This document shows positions 59,963 to 64,000 of a stretch of 64,000 nucleotides of DNA, piece after piece. Position 1 is the stretch's first letter; each line of letters opens with the position of its first letter. A program made the translations under genes and the position numbers. Source of the stretch: an uncultured Oscillospiraceae bacterium. Its GTDB lineage: Bacteria > Bacillota > Clostridia > Oscillospirales > Acutalibacteraceae. The notes under the pieces were generated by a model. The model did no database searches. It was not told the DNA's origin and saw nothing but the letters and a program-made list of their open reading frames with translations. The DNA lies in NCBI GenBank assembly GCA_910587835.1, contig CAJUNQ010000109.1, forward strand, positions 440 through 64,439. Direction: 5' to 3'.

Positions 59963-60301
59963 ATGCCAAGAGCAAAGAGCGACACCGTGAAATCGTCCGT
60001 TGAGTTGGACGCCGAGATCCGGGAAATGAGGAAGAAAATCGCCGCCAAGCAGAAGGCAGCACGGGCGGCGAAGAACCGGGAAAAGGCTGAGGCTGACCGG
60101 GCCAAGGCCATAGAAGAGGTGGAGTTCAACAAGCAATTTGTGGAGGCGGCCAAGACGATTCATCTGTCCGATTACGAAGACAATGGGCAATCAATCTACG
60201 AGCTCATCCAGGCGATTATCCGTCCGGTGGCCCTTCTGGAGGAGGACGAAGATATACGTCGGTTGAAGGAGTCTGTGGCCAGCAGACAGACGGTAATTTG
60301 A
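59963..60301 (+). CDS. small basic coiled-coil protein
   Basis: AAGGAG RBS, 112 aa, terminator after. Confidence 0.7.
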   Translation: MPRAKSDTVKSSVELDAEIREMRKKIAAKQKAARAAKNREKAEADRAKAIEEVEFNKQFVEAAKTIHLSDYEDNGQSIYELIQAIIRPVALLEEDEDIRRLKESVASRQTVI

Positions 60302-60305
60302 TTGG

Positions 60306-60334
60306 GGCGGCGGGGTTATCCCCGCCGTCATTTT
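60306..60334 (+). terminator. intrinsic terminator
   Basis: GGCGGCGGGG-ttat-CCCCGCCGTC then ATTTT. Confidence 0.6.
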
Positions 60335-60479
60335 GAAATTTGGGGCTATCATTATTGAAACAGAGGGGGTATGCTGTAGTCATGACAGTGAATCGCCGCG
60401 ACAGCGGCGCGAGGGAACCGCGTTAGCGGTTCCCTGGGGGGCCCTGTTTCCGCTACGCGGAAATGGGGGGCCATCTGAA

Positions 60480-60524
60480 CTAGCTTGCTAGTCCAGTGGC
60501 CATTATACTGGACTAGCAAGCTAG
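60480..60524. other. putative MOBV oriT
   Basis: Perfect 18-bp inverted repeat around GGCCATTAT, about 35 bp upstream of the relaxase; AGTG..TTATACT core resembles MOBV oriTs. Confidence 0.75.
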
Positions 60525-60558
60525 AGTCTATGTAGGCGGTCTGAAAGCGAGGTAGGAC

Positions 60559-62316
60559 ATGGGCTGGAAGTGCGTTCCGCAGGTGATGGGGTTGGTACGC
60601 GGGGACGGTATGAGGCGTGACGGGAAAGGGCAGGCAAAGCACCGGGCAAACGTGGCCGCTATCATTCACGAAGCGTTTGAGATCGCCGACCAGAATGACG
60701 GTCATCCGATTCCTATCCGGAAGTCGGCACCCGACACATATGACCGGAGCAGGACGCCGAACAACAGGTACACTGGATACCAGACGGCGGACGATGTAGT
60801 TGCCGCCCTGGAGGAAGAGGCAACTGCTCAGACAGTTGAAGTCCAGACGAAAGATAAGAAGACAGGGGAAACCGTAGTCCGTAAGCGCCCTTTGCGTTCT
60901 GATGCGGTTATCGGCGTGGCGGTCATCTTCAAACCGCCTTGTGCAATCGCCCGTACCTGGTCACGGGATCAGTATGACAAGTTCATCAATGATTCCCTGG
61001 ATGTGATGGCAATGGTTCAGTGCGGAGGCGAGGTCGATAAGAAGACCGGAAAGCTGAAGCGCGGGCAGGAGCCATGCCGGCTGTTCCGGCGGGAGAATAT
61101 CATCGCCGGTGCGGAGCACTGGGACGAGGGGTCTCTGTCCGAAGGTAAAGATGTATACACGGGACATTGGCACAAAATCTATAAGCCGGAGGACGAGAAT
61201 GGGAAGTACAGGGGCAACCTGATTGACCCGTACTTTCTGTCCCGCCTGTCGGCGGTATATCCCGGTATGATGCGTGAGCGGGGATGGGACATAGAAGACT
61301 GTGACTGCACTGATTGGGAGAAGTTCAATGACGATAAGAACCCGGAGAACACGGGATATAAGGCGAAGCGCAAGTCGAAGATCCGCCAGGGCGGGAAGTC
61401 GGTAAACAAGTACATCGCCAGTGCAGAACGGGAGGCCGTGGTTGCCCAATACGATGAAGCGGGAGCTATGCTGGACAAGGCTGTCGCTCTTGGACAGGCA
61501 TTGAAGGAGCAGGCTGAAGCTGATGCCGATGCTATCCGGGAGCAGGCCAGGTCTGACGCTGATAAGATGAAAAAGAATCAGGAAGTTGCGCAGCAGGAGC
61601 TGGAAAGTATTCAGATGAAGGGTGATCTGCTCAAGGGCGGGCTCACGCTCCTTGAGAACGTAAGATCGAATATGCAGAAGGAACTTGATGCTAAGGAATC
61701 CGCCCTCGATGTTGTCGAATCAAAAGCTGAGACTGCCAAGGCCGATGTAGAAGCGGCGAGGGCGGAGAAGGCACGGCTGGAGCAGGAGGCCGCCGTGATC
61801 CGGCAGCAGTTGGATGCGGACAAAGCCGCCAGGGATAAGCTCAGGCAGGAGGCAGAAGCCGCTAAAATCGACCGCGACACCGCCAAGGCGCAGGCTAAAA
61901 CGGCCTGTGACGACCGCGATGCGGCCCGGGAAGAGGCCAATGAACTGCACCGGACCGCGGTAGCGCGGGCGGAACAAGAGGCCATGGCGATGCGCGACAA
62001 GATTGAAGCCGACACCCGCGAAGCTTGGAGGGACTGGCTGGAGCGGAAGGAGCAATACGCTGAGAATACCGCAGCCAAGATCATAGCTGATGCCAAGGCC
62101 AAGGCGGCGGAGTTTATTTCGGCGGCAACTGGCGAGTACGCATTTTTGCTCAAATGGCTGGCGAACCAAAAGTACCAGTCTGGCGTGACATTCCTGGCGA
62201 GGGCACGGGAGGCTTATCGGAAGGAGATCCGGGAACAGCGCGTATCTGAGATGCCTGCTGGGGTCCGAGGTGCCGGTAAGGGACAGCCGGGGCAGGACGG
62301 CCCTGAGAAGGGATAA
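60559..62316 (+). CDS. MOBV (Mob/Pre) relaxase
   Basis: D.SRT.NN, RSDAV, HWDE...HWH motifs, long C-terminal coiled coil. Confidence 0.85.
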   Translation: MGWKCVPQVMGLVRGDGMRRDGKGQAKHRANVAAIIHEAFEIADQNDGHPIPIRKSAPDTYDRSRTPNNRYTGYQTADDVVAALEEEATAQTVEVQTKDKKTGETVVRKRPLRSDAVIGVAVIFKPPCAIARTWSRDQYDKFINDSLDVMAMVQCGGEVDKKTGKLKRGQEPCRLFRRENIIAGAEHWDEGSLSEGKDVYTGHWHKIYKPEDENGKYRGNLIDPYFLSRLSAVYPGMMRERGWDIEDCDCTDWEKFNDDKNPENTGYKAKRKSKIRQGGKSVNKYIASAEREAVVAQYDEAGAMLDKAVALGQALKEQAEADADAIREQARSDADKMKKNQEVAQQELESIQMKGDLLKGGLTLLENVRSNMQKELDAKESALDVVESKAETAKADVEAARAEKARLEQEAAVIRQQLDADKAARDKLRQEAEAAKIDRDTAKAQAKTACDDRDAAREEANELHRTAVARAEQEAMAMRDKIEADTREAWRDWLERKEQYAENTAAKIIADAKAKAAEFISAATGEYAFLLKWLANQKYQSGVTFLARAREAYRKEIREQRVSEMPAGVRGAGKGQPGQDGPEKG

Positions 62317-62375
62317 CGGCATGGCTATACGTCTATACGCCAATATGTTTTTGCGTAAATATTTCCGGAAGTGTC

Positions 62376-62404
62376 TTGATAAATCAGCGGAAGTGCGCTA
62401 TAAT
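62376..62404 (+). promoter_or_regulatory. sigma-A promoter of recombinase
   Basis: TTGATA-17-TATAAT. Confidence 0.7.
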
Positions 62405-62436
62405 CATAGGCAACACGAAAGAAAGAAGGTGAGCCT

Positions 62437-64000
62437 ATGCCGCGAGCCAAGGCCGCACCCAAGAAGCTGCGCTGCTATATTTACACCCGCGTGTCCACCC
62501 AGATGCAGGTGGACGGCTATTCCCTGGACGCCCAGCGCGAGCGGCTGCTGCGGGAGGCCAAGCACCGGGAAATGACCGTGGCCGCAGAGTTCAGCGATGA
62601 GGGCAAGTCCGGTAAGAATACCAAAGGCCGCCCTGAATTCACGGAGATGATGCGGCGTATTGAGAAGGGCAATCCGGACGAGGTGGATTATGTATTGGTA
62701 TTCAAGCTGTCCCGATTTGGACGGAACGCCGCTGATGTGCTGAATAGTCTCCAACTTATGCAAGACTATGGAGTGAACCTGCTTTGTGTAGAAGACGGTA
62801 TTGATTCCGCATCAGCAGCGGGCAAAGTGCTGTTCCCCGTTCTGGCAGGGGTGGCGGAACTGGAGCGTGAGAACATTAACGCCCAGACCATGGCAGGGCG
62901 CTGGCAGAAGGCCCGCGAAGGCAAGTGGAACGGTGGTCAGGCTCCATATGGCTACCAGATCGGCACTAAATCCGATGGTATGGACGGAGTGCTGGTCATC
63001 AACGAGGACGAGGCCCCGCTGATCCGCCTGATCTTCGAAAAGTACGTCAGTACCGCCATGGGGGTCAATTCCGTGGCGAAATGGCTCAATGAGAACGGCT
63101 ACCGCAAACGGACCCGGCAAAACGGCTCGTCCACCCGGATTACCGCGAAGTTCGTCACTGATGCGCTGGATAATTACGTATATATCGGTCAGATCGCCTA
63201 CGGGCGGCGCAAGACCGAGAAGATCAACGGTACCCGCAATGAGTACCATGTACTTAAGCAGGACAGCTTCGAGGTTTATCCGGGAAAGCACGAGCCGATT
63301 ATTGATGAAGATACCTGGCGCAAGGCCAGGGCGAAGCGGGCGTTGAACGATTTCAAGCGCGAGAAGACGCACAGCCTGGGACATGTCCATCTTTTGTCCG
63401 GTCTGGTGCGGTGCCCGGTATGCGGCGGGCCCATGTACGGCACGCCGTGCCGAAAGAAGAAGAAGGACGGCTCCGGGGAGCGTTACACGGACATATGGTA
63501 TTACACCTGCCATAACAACAGGGTCCAGGGCAAGACCAAATGTTCCTACAGCAAGCATATCCGCCAGGACGAGCTGGACGCGCAGGTCCGCGTCATTGTC
63601 CAGGACGCGCTGCGGGGCATCGACTTCACCGAGCGAATGAAGAAGCGGATCGGTGCCAAAAGCGGCATTGACGAGCTGAACATCGAGCTGGAAGGCTTGC
63701 AGGCCGACAAGAAGAAAGAAGAACGCCAAAAGGCGAAGCTGGCCGCTAAGATCGCGGACCTTGACGCCGATGACCCACACTATGATGATATGTACGACAC
63801 TCTCCAGGGCATCCTGCATGAACGCATTGAGTCCATTGCCGCGCTGGACAGGCGGATCGAGGACGTCAGTATCGCGCTCCATAACGCCGCGCATAGGTCC
63901 GCGATGTCGGATCATACCATGGAGCTGATGCAGGTTGCCGTGGATTTGATGGGCGTGCTTATGGACCCGGAGCAGGAGCGAAGGATTGTTCATGCGCTCA
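62437..64000 (+). CDS. large serine recombinase (3' truncated by window; absent from ORF track)
   Basis: MPRAKAAPKKLRCYIYTRVST, DEGKSG, KLSRFGRN, APYGY, HEPII, LSGLVRCPVCG zinc ribbon, coiled coil; no stop seen before the window end. Confidence 0.95.
   Translation, partial: MPRAKAAPKKLRCYIYTRVSTQMQVDGYSLDAQRERLLREAKHREMTVAAEFSDEGKSGKNTKGRPEFTEMMRRIEKGNPDEVDYVLVFKLSRFGRNAADVLNSLQLMQDYGVNLLCVEDGIDSASAAGKVLFPVLAGVAELERENINAQTMAGRWQKAREGKWNGGQAPYGYQIGTKSDGMDGVLVINEDEAPLIRLIFEKYVSTAMGVNSVAKWLNENGYRKRTRQNGSSTRITAKFVTDALDNYVYIGQIAYGRRKTEKINGTRNEYHVLKQDSFEVYPGKHEPIIDEDTWRKARAKRALNDFKREKTHSLGHVHLLSGLVRCPVCGGPMYGTPCRKKKKDGSGERYTDIWYYTCHNNRVQGKTKCSYSKHIRQDELDAQVRVIVQDALRGIDFTERMKKRIGAKSGIDELNIELEGLQADKKKEERQKAKLAAKIADLDADDPHYDDMYDTLQGILHERIESIAALDRRIEDVSIALHNAAHRSAMSDHTMELMQVAVDLMGVLMDPEQERRIVHAL

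Larger units (their letters stand above)
51840..64000 (+). mobile_element. integrative mobilizable element in the rlmD 3' end (right end beyond window)
   Basis: Starts at the HVETV codons, a known serine-integrase target region; carries Rep, Par, RM-like genes, oriT/MobV and a serine recombinase; codon style changes. Confidence 0.85.

Noticed and set aside
62812..63993. 393-aa minus-strand ORF
   Set aside because: Shadow of the + strand serine recombinase
52147..64000. Prophage or ssDNA virus
   Set aside because: No capsid, packaging or lysis genes seen; the content fits an IME

Overview
High-GC (roughly 60% by eye) Clostridia-like chromosome, probably Oscillospirales by gene style. (1) 1-43.5 kb is a large flagellar/chemotaxis cluster: flgL-DUF6470-fliW-csrA, fliDS, then flgBC-fliEFGHIJK-flgD-flgE-flbD-motAB-fliMY-cheY-fliOPQR-flhBA-fliA-flgFG-cheCDV and an EAL-HDOD gene. 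It has no flhF/flhG/fliL at their usual positions, but it carries a ParA + ComFB-domain pair, a C39-type peptidase, a degenerate FtsE paralogue and an FtsA-like ATPase fused to ubiquitin-like repeats. (2) 43.6-52.1 kb holds housekeeping genes: glgX-like, MBL hydrolase, sugar isomerase, a MurT/GatD pair that has lost the whole glutaminase triad, and rlmD. (3) From about 51.84 kb to the window end lies an integrative mobilizable element inserted in the rlmD 3' end. It appends an ~100-aa domain to RlmD and carries an iteron-rich origin, an HUH(YLxH)+SF3-helicase Rep, ParA/ParG-like partition genes, a coupled HTH-C5-methyltransferase / LAGLIDADG-like / PD-(D/E)xK triplet, oriT + MOBV relaxase, and a large serine recombinase (truncated by the window edge, missed by the ORF track). 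A 52/67-bp hairpin repeat family forms two 5-copy arrays 44 kb apart. All calls come from reading motifs by eye; no database searches were run.
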